A DNA stretch of 60,141 nt, counting the filler, from Basidioascus undulatus (lineage: Eukaryota): assembly GCA_000826855.1 (NCBI GenBank). It is 5 parts of 5 records of this genome, joined end to end, with 100 filler letters (N's around TTAATTAATTAA, not from the genome) between each part and the next. Parts side by side here need not be neighbours in the genome. Positions count along the whole stretch, not along the records: positions 7,952 to 36,312 come from JTLS01000148.1; 4 more parts are not named here. One strand, given 5' to 3'. The first letter of the stretch is position 1, and each line of letters opens with the position of its first letter. The notes beneath the pieces are model-generated. The model made no database searches, had not been told where the DNA came from, and saw nothing but the letters and a program-made list of their open reading frames with translations. A program made the translations under genes and the position numbers. Below, piece by piece: positions 10,370 through 24,065 of the stretch.

Positions 10370-11512
10370 TTCTTCTATGAGGCGTAATGATCCAGCGATC
10401 CTGAAGTTCCAAGACAAGTGGATCTTGGTGATCTTGCAAATGGCCACGCACACGCAGCGCACACGCCGCATTCTGCACGGCGAGAAGCAATCCCCGGTCT
10501 GAAATCTATGGCCTTCGAGAGTTGGCCCGAACCAGTGTACATTTCCGTGCAGCAGTGCAATCGTAAGACCCTGCAGCACCTCCACAGGGACATAGTGCCA
10601 AACGGTGTTTCGGCCTGTCACACGCGCACTTGCTTCGGCGAGCGCAGAACTCCTTTCAGGCTTCCAGCCTTGTACTTCCTACCCGTGCACTGAGAGCCAT
10701 GCAATGGGATCCTGCCAAAGACGGCACAGAAGAAGCTGTCAGCAATCAAACATCAAGGTTGTCGCGAAAGTGCAATGTCGAAGCTCCCAAAGACTGACCT
10801 GGGTAAACCCACGCGGAGGATGTGTGCGGGATTTTCCTTGTTTGTGGTGACCAGAATTGACGCGGTACCCATACACTAAGATTCAGTCCAGACGAGATGT
10901 TCAGTGAACAGGGGACGGACCGTCTTTGCGAGTACTTCGTCACCTGTCTGCACAACCAGGCGCACGAGCTCCCCCAAGCACCAACTTGCCAGCACATCCG
11001 GTGAACGAGTCTTACCCCTGGTGCCCCTTCCCAATGCCAACGCTGTGGGAAGTACGTTTGCAGCCACGAGCTCGTCACGCTGGGCAACGTAGAGTCGATG
11101 ACTAGACGAGTCAACGTCGACCCCGCGCAAGGCGGCAGCATGGTAGATGGCGCGAAGGCGTTGGGTTTCCTGCAATACGTATTGCTCTAGTCTTGAGCAG
11201 ATGCACCAAGAAGTAGTCTAAGACATTCATAGAAAGTACCTCAGACGTTCGGAATGGGCCCTGCTTGTTGTGTGAGCCAACATGTTCGCTATACAATCAG
11301 AGCAACAATCATCACTTACTGAGGGTTGGCTTTCATGCCGCTGGTCCAATTTGGGGGACGTGCGTGCATCGTCTTGGGATGCGGGTTCCTCAGCCGGCTT
11401 TGACCTCGAAGCAGCCGACCGTGGTGAAGCGTAGAGACGCGTTACGCTCGGTAGGGAGTTGCGCGGCGTCAAAAAAGTCGATCGAGCGAGGAACGAGAAA
11501 AAAGTAAGCATG
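10370..11512 (-). pseudogene. uncharacterised putatively mitochondrial protein, copy A (pseudogene)
   Basis: Basic/hydroxylated N-terminus MLTFFSFLARSTFLTPRNSLPSVTRLYAS; multi-exon; clear paralogy to 22229-23330 (ETQRLRAIYHAAALRGVDVDSSSHRLYVAQRDELVA); in-frame TAG in DPIAWLSVHG*EVQGWKP. Confidence 0.6.
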
Positions 11513-13054
11513 ATGTGAAGTTGGTGAGCGGCGAATGTACAAGGAGTGGTGATGAGAATGATGGGAGACAAAGGGCGCGACGTTGCGCGACGTGATAGGG
11601 GAGAAGGCGCTCTGACAGCTCTGACAGCAGTCGAGCTGATTTCACGTTTCCTGCCATCCTTCGTTGGGCTTCACCCATTTTTCACCCAAGCTTATCATGT
11701 GCATTTTACCTCGTTTACTCAATGTCATTATCGGACCTGCTCCGCACCCTCACATCGCCTTCGTTGCTTCCGCAAGCCCTGCGAGCCCGCTCGTCAACCG
11801 AGTCCAGCAACCAAAGAAGCGAGCACGCTCTCTCCTCTTATGGATGTATACGGATGCAAGGGGACAAGATCATGCCTGCTACCTATGGCAAAGCAGAGGT
11901 AGCTGAATGGGGCCAGCCCCGGAAGGAGGGCAGCACTTGGAAACAACACGAGCTTTAGGATGAAGCAGGTGAGAAACCGGTTTCGTCTGAAACAAGAATT
12001 TGCACATTCAAAGCTACGCCAGGAATACATGCAAGCACCGTTTGGGAACAACGCAAAGCCCCAGTTTGAGCCTCAGCCGGCGGTGACGCAACATCCTCAA
12101 CAAGTTTCCAACAGCGATGGACCCTTTACTACGTCTTCCTCTAGCCAGGAAACGTACAGATAGGTGTGCTCAGCCAAGTCCAGCCTACAAAAGTACCTGA
12201 CCTGGGACAGTCGTAAATCCCCACCAAACTGAAACCGGGACGTTTCTCCTGTTCCATAGCGTTGATGCCTTCGAATTGAAATACGGAAGCGGGTTAAAAG
12301 TTATCTGTGCAGCATATCTCATATCTGAGAAGAGTGATGGTGGAACTCCACTGGAGATTACTGCGTGCGAGCGCGTCCACACTGCGGCGGAAGACTGCCT
12401 ACAGACTAGATCGAAGGATCTACTGCATGCACCACTTCAAAAAGATGACCGGGTCTCTAAAACACTTTTATATTGACAATGTTCTCCACAAAAAAGCAGT
12501 GTCAATTTTACCTCACTGTGGCTGCTTCGTAGAGGGTTATGGACTTGGTAAAGCCTGTGGAGGGTGCCTCAGCAGGTATCATCACAGATTCACAGCTTTC
12601 CCCATCCGTGGCGACCAGAAAATAGCCTCATCACGAACCAATTAATAGTTAAAACTGAAAAAGTATGGAAACAATGACCCCGCTCATACACATCTCCATG
12701 GCATAGCCCAGGCCAATCGGATCGCCATCCTCGCCAAGCTGTGCATTGTTTTCTCAGCTCTCTGTGCGTCGGCGGGAAGGCCTTAGACTCTTCCGTCTCG
12801 GCTTTTACTGAAATTATAGTAACCGATCTCACGCAAGTGTCAGCCAAAGTTGACAGCTTTTCACACCTGTCGCTTGTAATCACCGCAGGGAGGCTGCCGC
12901 AAGGTATCCGCTCGCTGCAAGGACAACCGAAAGCCAGAAACTCGAGTGAAGGCACAGTGGGGATAAGAAAGTACCAAAAAATTTATAGACAGGGACCACA
13001 AGCACCGCATCAAAGCAAGCAAGCAGTACCCAAGAAACCGCGCACTCCACAATC

Positions 13055-14123
13055 AGAGCTCAACATAGTCCCTCCTCCGACGCTTCCGCGACGATTCCCA
13101 AACATGCGGAAGCTCGATCTAGGGATCTTTCCACAGGGCGGAGTGCGCCGTACGGAGTGCCACCGCGTTGTTCCGCTCCGACACCGCCTCGGCCTCTTAG
13201 TCCTCGACCATGTCCCTCATGAACGCAGCGTGCGCCTCGCGGAACGGCCTACCGAGCGTGTCGTCGAACTGTTTGAAATACGCACCACCAATGTCATTCA
13301 AGTGTTTTGAAACCGTAAAGACCGCTATTACTCACGTCTGATCCCTCCAGCGTGCGTCACGCTATGGAAGATCGCCTTCGCCTCCGCCGACGTGAGCTTC
13401 TCGTCCATGCTCGCGAGGTCGAACGTCTGGCGCCAGTCTAGCAGGATAGAGCCCAGCGCAGTCCAGCATTCCGCAATCCTGAGGCGAGCGACCATGTCAG
13501 TGAGGTACGCCGTGAGGAGCTGCGCGAAGGGCGATTCGGGCGAAGGCCCAAGACGAGGGTGTGAGCTGGAGACTGAAGACGAGGTCGGACACGAGGAGGC
13601 GTGGGTCTCGACTATGGACGCTGCCGAGAAGGACGAATCTAGAGAGCTAGTGGCTGAGGTCGAGAGAGAGATCGACAGAGCATGCTCGACAACGTCCGTC
13701 TGGACGCCAGCGTCGCTGCGAACAAGCTCCCGGGCACGAAGAACGTTATGGAGCGCATCCTTGTAAGTCTCCCTTTCTCCCGTGGCCATCTCAGCCGACC
13801 TCCCAGCTTCGCGATCCTTCCAGCTGCACCCTCGCCGCACGCTCCTTGTCGCGCTGTGCCACAGCCTCGCGGGCCTCGCGCCGAGCGTGTTCGGCATCGG
13901 CTCTGTCGCGAGCCTCATGGTGCCTGAGGTTCTCGAGCTCGCTAGAGGTTGCCCGGTAAAGAGGGTGTGCGCAATTCAGATGGGAAGAGTGCTGAAGCTC
14001 GCGAGCGGCGTAAGCTTCGACTTTCGCTTCGAGTTCGGCAGCGCGCTGGAGGAGCGGCTGTGCAGCGGCGGAGGCTTGCCTGATCTGCTCTGACAGAGCG
14101 GCGAGATGAGGAGAGAGTGACAT
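13055..14123 (-). pseudogene. lineage-specific coiled-coil protein pseudogene
   Basis: MSLSPHLAALSEQIRQASAAAQPLLQRAAELEAKVEAY..., frame change near 13800, intron near 13335-13270, last exon FDDTLGRPFREAHAAFMRDMVED*EAEAV...KDP*IELPH with two stops. Confidence 0.55.
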
Positions 14124-14355
14124 TGCGTTGCGTTTCGATATGTGTTCAATATGGAGGAACAGAAGTCAGCAGGATAAGTAACCAAAGGCCGGAGGCGAAG
14201 ATCAGTATACCACGCGGTACGCTGGCAGCTTGGGTCTATTGCTAACGGGCCGTCCGGGACATTCGCAGCGCATCCCAGGGTAGATCTCGGGGGCGAAAGA
14301 GCCCCTCTTTGCCGATATTCAGGCGGATATCGAGTCTAGGGAGTAAATTAGGGCA

Positions 14356-14977
14356 TCATGCTACACGGCGATTTAAAGCCTGCCATTCCAGCGCCCAGCT
14401 GGAACCGGTATGCGACTGCCGTTTCTCATGCGGAGGTCTTAGAGGGACAGCCGAGCGGTCCGTCATGCTCGACTTGTACACCTTGGCTGGTAGCCGCAGA
14501 TGGCCCATGGTCACAAGACTGAAAGCCTCCTGGAAATCGAAGTTAGTTCCAAGAAAACACTGAACAGCACAGGCCAGGAAACTCACAGAACCGGATGAGG
14601 ACCAGCTCTGACCAGCATTGCTCATCGGCGGTATGAACGCGAGGCCAGATGAATATCTCCGGGCAGTACGAGCGTTCTCCTCCCTCAGCGACGTCCGCTC
14701 CAGCCGCGCGACCATCGCTTCCAGCTGCGCGACGCGCTGCGACAGTGCGCTATTCCGCTTCTCGGATTGCTTCAGAGCGGCAGCGAGTTCCAGCTGTCGG
14801 CGGTCACTCAGAGATTAGCTCTCGTGAATGAAATATGCGTGAAGGGACCCACACTCTTGCCGTCAGCTGAAATGGCGGATGGGAAGCAGCGTCGCTCGCG
14901 AAGCGGACGCGCTTCTGCTGGGGCTTCGGAGGTGTGCGCGGGGGAGAATGTTGGCTGACTACGCGGGATTGTTGCAT
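14356..14977 (-). CDS. small coiled-coil hypothetical protein (possibly degenerate)
   Basis: MQQSRVVSQHSPPRTPPKPQQKRVRFASD | intron GTGTGG..GCTAAT..GACAG | LELAAALKQSEKRNSALSQRVAQLEAMVARLE. Confidence 0.4.
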
Positions 14978-16008
14978 AGCGCGGGTGGGGGACGATGGGC
15001 GGCGTGGATGAAGGGACGGCATACTGGACCAGCAGTCGGCGGTGGCGAAGATGGGAAGTGGGTACTGGGAGAATAGCGAGAGAGAGAGATCAAGCAGTGG
15101 CTAGTACTTACATCTCTCAAAGTTATTCTGAAAGGAGTGGCCAAGTTTGGCCAAGTGCCTCGGTTGTGAGGCCGCATGCTGTGCAAGGCTCGAGCTCCTG
15201 TACAAAGGAATAAGAACGAGAATGGCGGGAATAGGCATTCCGCTGCTGAATTTCCCAGACCTTCTACAAGAATATTATTGGGGCATCACCACAGACCAAA
15301 CGTGCCAAAGAGAGCGTTGTCACTGGGAACAGCAAGTCATTCCTCGAGGCAGCGAGCGTGGCAGAGCGTCCCTCTGGCCATAAGGTTCACAGCGATTCGC
15401 ACTCAATGATCAGCTCACACGGCGTGAAATTATGCGAGAAGAAGGGGCATTTGTTGGGACCGCGAAGCGGGGATGCTGAAACGGGGCTCAGACTGCGGCA
15501 ACTCCGTCGCACTTCCGTCTCTCCGGCCCCACTTCTCATCTCACGTCCAATACTCAACCCAGGACCTCACAAGATCCAACAAGACCTCAAGTGTCACAAA
15601 GCAGTCACAACTTTTTTCCCGTCCAGGCACTCATCGACGACCAAATCAACGAGCCGGGGCAAGACCTAGGAAATGCATCTAGCAGGGCAACACAGTCGCT
15701 GAAAAAGACGGGACACGGAGAAAAGTACCGGGTATCGTAGAATCAGGCATTTGTACTTAATAGCAGGAGTGGAACGAGGAGAGCAATGGGAAAAACAAAG
15801 CCCAAGCTGCAACAGCGAGCGAGAGCTAGATGACGTGCAAGGTGTGGAGGGTGCAGGAAAAGAGGTCCGTGGGACGGGGAAGAACCAAGAAACGGGAATA
15901 TTTGCACGGGGACATGGAAAAGGAGATGCGGGTGGAATGATGATAGGATAGGATGCTGCTGAATGGAGACGGAAATAGGGGGACAGCATAGGACATCGTG
16001 GCACATGC

Positions 16009-19000
16009 TCATGCTCGGCTGGCCTGGCCGTAGCGAGCAGGGTGTGCGAGAGGAGAGTCATAGTCGGACAGCTCGGACTGTCGCCGTCGGCTGAAGTCGT
16101 CCCCGAAGGCACCACCGTACCCGCCGCTGTCGGAGGTGGATGTAGAAAGCGGTCGGTTATTGGTTTCGGGAATCGTCTCCAACAGCGTCGTGACCTGGGT
16201 GCGTAGAAGGCAGCGTCAGTCATGCAATATCGAATAAAACTGTGATAAGAGGGAAGCAACGTCAACGCACCCGAGCCGACAGCGCCTCGTTCTTGGCGAT
16301 GAGGTCCTCGTTCTCGCGCACGAGCTGCAGCGCAGCCTGGTTCGTGCCGGCGCCGCTCGAGAGCGCGTCGAGCTGTCTTTGGACGCGGTCGAGCTCATCC
16401 GCGAGGCGGTCGATGTGCGCGTCCCGGCTCGCCGCGTCGCGCGCATGGTCGTCCGCGGCGCGCTGCAGCTCGGCCTGCAGGCCGTCCAGCTCGCGCTGGA
16501 GGCTGTCGCGCTGGTTGATCGCGCGGTCGGCCTCGCGCCGCGCTTGCTCGAGCTGCGTGCGCATCGCACCCGCGTCGGACTGGAGCGTGGGGGAGGTCAC
16601 AGATCGTCGACCGCCCGTTGCAGCTTGCAAGTCATTCTCGAGCATCTGGTTCTGTTCTCGGGCCTTGACGAGCTGCATTATAGAAAAGATTCAGCCTCCG
16701 TCGCAGCAATGCGACATATTGAACCTGCCGCACCTCATCCTTCAGGCGACGAACGAGCTTCTCCGTGCCCTTAACGTACTCGACAGCCTGGGAAAGGTAA
16801 CCAGCCAATTAGCGCTCGCCCCTCTATCCCAGACACGGCCGCAGTCACGCACCTGCTGGTAGTCCTTCTCAACCTGCTTAACGCGAGCCTTGGAGTTGTG
16901 CTCCGTCTCCGCGGCTCTGCGCTCCGCGAGCTCGACGCGCTTCCTAAGCGCACGCTCTCCCTCCACATCGACCCCTGCAGCCGAGCTCGCCCGCGCGCTG
17001 TCCAGATCCCGCGAGAGCTCCTCGACCCTGCTCTCAGCATCCTGCCGCGCGCGGCTGACGGCGTCGAGCCGCGCCTCGAGGTCCGCGCTGACCGATGTCT
17101 GCTGCTCCAGGCGCGCCTGCAGCTCGGGCAGGCGCAGGCGGGTCGGCGTCCCAGACCGCTCGGCGCTGCTGTCGTCGGCGAGCCCGTTGTCGGCGATCAC
17201 GTTCCGCAGAACGCTAGTCTGGACCGCGAGCTCCGTGTGCGCGCGCCTGCGCTCCCGCACCTCGGTATCCTTGCTTGCCGCCTCCCGGCGCGCCTCGTCC
17301 GCGGCGTCCTGCGCGACGGAGAGCTGGGCGCGAAGTGACGTGATCTCGGCGCGGAGGGCGTTAGCCTGCTTGTGGAGCTCGTGCGTGCGCTTGCGCTGCT
17401 CGGCGAGCGCGGACTGCGTCTCGTCGACCTTCTCCCCCGCGGATTGGAGCAAGCTCCTGAGCGAGCCCGACTCCTGCTCCATCGCGCGCAGGCGCTCCTG
17501 CGGGCCGTACGAGCTGTTCGTGCTGGACCCGAGGTCGCGCATGCCATTGGGTGACCCACCGCGCGCAGTAACAAGCTTGGCGAGCCCGCCAGACGTCAGC
17601 ACGTGCAGGCTCTCGTTCTCCTCCCGCGCCTTGTTCCACAGCGTCTCGAGCTCCGCAAGCTGGTCCGTCGCGGCCTTGGCCTCGCGCGACTTTGCCTCCG
17701 CGTCGAACCGCGCCTGCTCGAGGTCCGCCTCGAGGTCCGCCACGCGCCCGTGCAAAGCGAAGTACTTCTCCTCGAGCTCCTTCGTGCGCTCGTTCGCCCG
17801 CGCGAGCGCCGCCTGCGCCTGCTCGAGCGCGCTGAGGTGCTCGTCCCGCGATGCCTGGGCGCTCTCGAACTGCGCCGCCAGCGCCGTGAGCGACGTGAGC
17901 TTGACGGCGTGGTCTCGGAGTGAGGTCTCCGCCTCGCCATGCTTGGTATGTAGCTCGTCGAGCTCGTCCAGCGAGCGCATGTGCGCCTGCTCGGCCGTCT
18001 CCGCGCGCTGCAGGGCCTCCGTTGCGCGCGCCTCGGCCGTCTCGCGCAACTCGCGATGACGCTCGGCCGCCTGCTCGACGTCCGCCAGGCGCTTCTCGAG
18101 GCTTGCGCGGTCGTCGAGGAGGTCGGTCAGGCGCGACTCGAGCTGTGCGGCCCGCTCGCGGTCAAGCTTTCCCGCCAGGCCGGCGGGCCCACTCTCGAGC
18201 GCAGCAAGCTTCGCGCGGTAGAACGCCGTTTCTTGCAGGACGGCGGACCGGATGCGCTCGTTCTCGGCGTCCTTCTCCTGCACAAGCTTGGACTGAGAAG
18301 AGATGGTAGCCTGCAAACATCCTCCATGAGTCAGCACCCTGCCGAAGTCGAGGATGAAACAGCCGACGCACATGAGCCTTCGCGAGCTCCTGCTTAGCCT
18401 TCAGCAGCGCCTCGACGATCCTGCGCTTCTCAGTCTCAGGCTCCCCCACAGCGACGTCCTCCAGCGCGGCGCTCTCCACACCCGACTCAGGCGGGATGAA
18501 CCCGTTCTTCGTCGCAAGAGCAAGCGCCGCTCTCAGCCACTGCTCGCGCTTCCGGGACTCCTCGAGCTCGGCGCTGTCGGAGCCGTGGCCCTGGCTGGAC
18601 GCGACGAGCGGGCTGCGCGCGGCGTTGGGGTAGTAGAACGCATCAGCGGGCGGATGCTCGGGGCTGCGCTGGATCGGGGACAGACTCCGCGCAGCGGCAG
18701 CGGCGGTCGCCGTCTTGCCGCCCGACGAAGCAGCGTTGTACTGCTGCGGCGGGGACGCAGCGCCGCCGAGGGCGGGCGAGCCGCGGATATTCTCGTTCGA
18801 GCGCTGGGCGCGAAGCGAAGGGCTCGGACGCTGCCCCTGCTGAGCCGTGGCAGCGAACGCCGCCTGCTGGCTCGGCGGCGAGCTCTGGCCCGAACGAGTC
18901 ATCACGCCCGCGGGGGACGTCGCGCGTTCGTAGCGCGCCTCCTCGTCCATCCGGGGCGGGACACCGAACTCGGCGTCGCCCTCCCGTCGCGGGCGCTGGG

Positions 19001-21258
19001 GCGGGCCAGTCTGGCGCTTGTTGGTTCCCGGCGCGGCAGCCTGACCGGGAACGGGGGATCCGTTCTGGTACACCATCCCGTTCACCGCGCCGACGAGGCC
19101 GTTTGGCTGGGGAATGCGCGACTGCGGGGACGTCGCGCGCGGCTGGAGCTCGGGCGTGCCGTTCTGCGCTGGCGGCTGGCGGTACGCGAGCGAGGAGGCC
19201 GCGTCGGGGACGGATGACTTGCGCACTTGATTCGCGGGCGGACGCTGCTGCTGTTGTTGGGACGGCGGCGCTGAAGACTTGTCATCCTCGGGTTTGGGGT
19301 AGTTGATCTTGCCTGTGCGCGGGCGGGGGCGTGAAAGCTGGAAGTTAGCGAACATGATCGAATGGCCCGACGGCAGTGACTGTGACTGGAACATTGGAAA
19401 AGCCACGAAGAACTCCTCCAGCATATGACGCGCGCGCAGACCCGAGCTTCTATCGCGGAAAGGGGGAAGTGGGCGCACGCACCGTGTCGCAGGACGTGGA
19501 TGATCTTCGGATCGTCGCGGGGCGGAGGCGGGCGGGTCGGGTCGGGTGAGTCCATTGGGAAGCTTTCTCCGCCGAGGACAAACACGCTCTGGCCGGCAGC
19601 GGCCATTGCGTGGCCGCTCTTCCCAGACGGTGCGGGGCCCATGCTCTGGAACGCGTACCATCGTCGCCCTGTCCCCGTTCGTCCGCTCATCAGCGCCCTG
19701 CCTTCCTCCGTCTTTTGCAAGCAAGCACGGGAGGAGGAAGAGGGACGCACGAGGAATGTTGAACCCCGCCAGATCACCCAGGTCCTTCCCGTCTGTCCCC
19801 CGCCCGCCAAACACGTACATCACGTCGCCGACGATCGTCGCGGCGTGCCCCTCGCGCGGGACGGGGTGGTACCCGATGCAGCCGAGCTCGGTCCACACGC
19901 GCGACGCGAGGTCGAACGACCACACGTCGTTGTAGTGGTACTGCCCGTCCGTGCCGCCGAAGCTGTGGGCGGGCTACCCGGATCAGCTGCTGTGAGGACT
20001 GTGAAAGCCCTCGCGCACACGCACATGTAGATCTTGCCCTCGTGCGTGACCGAGACGTGGCCTGTGCGCCGCGGCGGCGGGGGCGTCGCGCTCACGACGA
20101 ACTCCCACGCCAGCGAGTGGGGGTAGTGGACTGCGTGAGGGGCAAGGCAGCCGTGTCAGGGGTGATTCGAGGCTGGTATTTGGGTCCAGATGGAAAGAAC
20201 GTACGGCTCTGCAGGTCGAACATGACCAGGTCCGAGAAGAACTCGCCGTTGACCTGTCCACCGAAGATGTAGAACTTGTTGTCTATCACGCCGACGCTGT
20301 GGCCGTACCGGCCGATCGGCGCGCGGCCGGCAATGTTGATCCGACGCCATTCTCGGGTTTCTGTGCGGGCCTCCTTCGCAATGAGATGGCGCCCAGAAGA
20401 AAGGAGAGGGGAAATAGGGACGGACCGAGGTTCAAAATGTACAGCCCATCATCCTGGATCTCTGGCTCGGCCTGGCTCGGGTCGTTCATGGCCGGCGTGG
20501 AGAGCGTGTCTCCGCCCCAGACGATGAGCGCGTCGCCGACGAGTACGCTGCCGTGCCCGACGCGCGGGGACGGGATCTCGCCCGTGGTGGGGACGAGCGA
20601 GCCGCGGACGGGGCCGGTCTGGATGTCGGTCTCGAAGAGCCAAAGGTCGTTCATCGTCGCCTCGGCGACGAGGCCGCCAAAGAGGTAGACCTCGCCGCGC
20701 TTGCCTGCGATGGGGTTAATCGAGTGGCCGTATCGCGGGAAGGGGGGCGGGAAGCGCCCCGGTACGGGCGGCGCGGCAAGCGCGAGCGGGACTGTGATCC
20801 ATGGGTAGCGGTCCGGGTTGTGCGGGCGCGAGCGCGGCGCCTGCTGCCCTGGCGCAGCGCCGCGCGAGGGTGCGGAGGCCTGAGGTGGCGGGGAGGTCGC
20901 GTTTTGGGGGAAGCAGCCCGAGGGCGAGGGTTGCTGGGGGGAAGGCTGGGACGCGCCGGGCGAGTTGGACATGGGCGCGGTGCCGTAGGCTGGCCGTTGC
21001 GACTGCCTGGCTCGGGCGGACTGGTTCATGCTGGATGGAGGGTGGGGAGTCAGAGGGGTTGAGCTTGTGTCAGTGAACAGGTACATCGCCGTCCTCCTCC
21101 TCGTTCCCGCCCTGAGCCCGCTCCTGGCCGCAGCTGAGAAGACGGGTGATGGTCGGGACTCACGCGTCGTCCTGCGCCTGCCTGGCGGCGCCGGTAGCAG
21201 CAGCGCCCGCGCCGCTGCCCTGGCTCTTGTGCCCGCCGAGCTTGCCAAAGATGGACAT
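16009..21258 (-). CDS. kelch-repeat cell-polarity protein, Kel1/Kel2/Tea1 family (multi-exon, apparently intact)
   Basis: Start MSIFGKLGGHK; kelch repeats FPRYGHS...YLFGG...NDLW, PSPRVGHGSVLVGDALIVWGGDT, GRYGHSVG...FYIFGG, PVPREGHAATIVGDVMYVFGGRG, PSGKSGHAMA; Pro/Gln-rich linker; long coiled coil (ETAFYRAKLAALES...); last exon VTTLLET...QASRA* ends 16009. Confidence 0.92.
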
Positions 21259-22228
21259 GCGCGGGAGGAGAGAAACTTGCGCGAGCCGGACAAGGCGCGC
21301 GGGGGAGGTCGAGGAGGAAGAGTGTTGACCGTCTGGGGGTCGCTGGGCGTGTTTGGTGTCGTTACGCGCAGTCGTCCTTGTTCGTAGGATTCGTAGACTG
21401 GGGATTTAAAGGCGAGGAGGAGGACAAGAAGGGCAAAGATGGGGCCGAGGGCGCCTTGGAAAGAACCCGACGGCGGTGGTGGAAAGGCAAGGCGAAGGTG
21501 CGCGCAGGGCACTTTGTGCCGTGCCGTGACAGTCAGATCGTTGGCAACCAACCCGGGGGCGCTGTCAAATTCGATATCCTGCGTCGGACAGGAGCGCGTT
21601 CACAGCTTCTGCTTTTGATGGTCGCTTGATTCAGATAAAGACTATGAGCAGTTGATGTTGATGGCAGAATCAGAAGATGCCTCTCGTGGGAAGAAGACCT
21701 CAGTATCCGTTAGCCATGCGGGCCTACAGGCGGCGAAGGGGCGCAGAACAGCGCAAGTGAAACATTCAACAGGTCCGCAGGCATTGTTAACAAGCAGTCG
21801 GGCTGCAGATTTGTGTACCGAGGCATAAGTTACCTTCATAAAATCATGTCCGCAAGTGAAGGAAGGCCCAACAACCCACGAGTCGACAGGGGCCCTGACA
21901 CAAAAATGCTCAAGCATTGTGCTGCGACGCGTCCTGGCAAACTCTGCCCTGCACCGACGCCAAGTTTTGCACCACTGTAGCACGCATACTTCCCAATCCT
22001 TCCCAGGAAACTCATATCTGTCAGATGTAAGCAGCTCAGGTTGCTCGAAGTCCACCTCCTGCTGTGGTGTACTTACTGCAAGTATACTGTAGTAGTTCAG
22101 GGTGTTCAACTACTACCACCTACTCGACCGCCAGAGCTGTCAGAGCGATTGTCTCCTCTCCTCCATTACCATCATCTCCTATATACACTCCCCGCTTGCT
22201 GACTTTTCCTGCATCTCATCAACTCATT

Positions 22229-23330
22229 ATGTTCGCGCTTCGATCGCTTATTTCCGCTCGATCGATTCTTTCGCCGCTGTGCACTTCACTATGGAACGCG
22301 ACGCGTCTCTACGCTTCGTTGCGGTTACCCGCTTCGCATTCAAAGCCAGCTGGGGAGCCGGCATCTCAAGGCCATGTACGCCCGTCCCTCGTGTTGAGCG
22401 AATAGCATGGGCGTCAATCCTCTGCAAGTTAACCATACTACATTGGTTAACTCCCTTGCGACGGACTTGGCTCACAGACCACGAGACCACGCAGGGCCCA
22501 TCGCACACGCCCGAGGTACTTTCTATCGATGGCTTGGACTAATTATGTTTGCGTCTACTCAGGACCTATATCGCAGGAAACCAAGCGCCTTCAGGCCATC
22601 TCCTGTGCCGCCACCCTGCGCGGGATCACCGTCAACTCGCCTAGTCATCGACTCTACATAGCTCAACGTGATGAGCTAGTGGCCCCCAAGGTCCTTCCTG
22701 CGGCGCAGGCTCGGCAAGGGGCGCAAGAGGAAATGGTGAAGATATTGCGCTGGGGCGCTGGATTCCGCGCGAGTTAGCGCGCCTGCTCGCACTGACAGGA
22801 GACGAAGTACTTTGCAAGTCAGTCCCCTTTTTACGGAATATCATGTCTCTATCAAAGTATGCGGATATAGTAACACTCGTTCGGCAACAGATGGAGGGGA
22901 AGCCTTGCAAAGTTCTTCCGCAAGGGTTTACCGAAGTCCGTCTGCCCGGGCTTCCATGCCTTCCTGACGACCAGGACACTCGATTGCTAACCGGTTATCC
23001 CGTTGCCACCATGGGCATGATCCTGTTGCATGGCCCTCAGCGCGCGGATGGAAGCTTCAAGGTTGGAAGCCGAAATGGAGCATTGCACTTTCGCAAGCAA
23101 ATGCTCGTCGGCGGAACCCCTACTCCCGGGTATGTCGTGTGGTACCGTCTCCCTGTGGAGATGAAATAGGAGCTTGCGATCGCGCTTCTGTATGGGCATT
23201 ACGGCTTGTTCGGTCAAAGTCTCGGAACCCATAAATGCGAGACTTGCGAATCGTACAGCGCCGTGCAGGGTGAGGCATGCGCGTGGCCATTTCCAAAAAC
23301 GACTAAGATCTACTCTTCAAACCGCACTGC
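22229..23330 (+). pseudogene. uncharacterised putatively mitochondrial protein, copy B (pseudogene)
   Basis: MFALRSLISARSILSPLCTSLWNATRLYAS...SKPAGEPASQ, stop at 22403-22405; ETKRLQAISCAATLRGITVNSPSHRLYIAQRDELVA; further frameshifts and stop (PVEMK*ELAIALL); paralog of 10370-11512. Confidence 0.6.
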
Positions 23331-24065
23331 TTCTATCCTGTACGTTCCACAGAAGAAAGAATGGTTTTCCTGCGCATACTCCACATCGTTCATCTCGTTT
23401 CCCTTCTTCCGAATGCCACAACAAAACCACTGGCAGCGCCATTCTTCCGTGCAACTGACAGATGTCACCCGTGCCCCCCGCCTGCGGCCATCCAGTCAAG
23501 TACATTGCGCAGCTTCTCCGCTCGCATTCTGTCTTATTCAATGTGCCGGGCGGAGTGGAGATGGTGATCCGCGTGCGAAAGCGAGTTGCTCATTGAGAGG
23601 GGAAGAGCGGCTTGCTGGTTGTAAATTGAATGTGCTGTTATCGCAGATCCATGACTCCCAGTCTCGTTGAGCTTGTCGCTGTACTGGCTGCACCGGGATC
23701 CCGAAGCGTTAAGTAGTTAGCGTTAGTGGAAGCACTTTCGCAGTGACTTGCGGGCTTCACGCCCTTCCTTCTCAGGGTCTCTAGCTTCGGTGGATGGTCC
23801 AAAAAAAAAAGGCAATACGTAGCCTTACCATCAACGGCGATTACTGGCGCACGCTCACGCGACGCAAGCTGACAGTCAAGGCCTGCAGACAACATGTGCA
23901 CTGCTTCCATCTCAGACGACTGTGCTAAAAATCTCGGTACTACATAGGCAATAATCGACTGCCTCAAAAGACCCTCTTTACAAAGAGCATCTCTCGCGAA
24001 AGGGCAACAGAGATCCTGGCACACCCATCTGTGACAGTTCAAAGGACATCGCCGACCAAGCAGTC

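Noticed and set aside
11700..13050. Fragmented ORFs suggesting another gene or transposon
   Set aside because: No recognisable motif or consistent frame; cannot support a call
16890..19217. Long plus-strand ORFs (389 aa, 287 aa)
   Set aside because: Antisense shadows of the GC-rich kelch/coiled-coil gene
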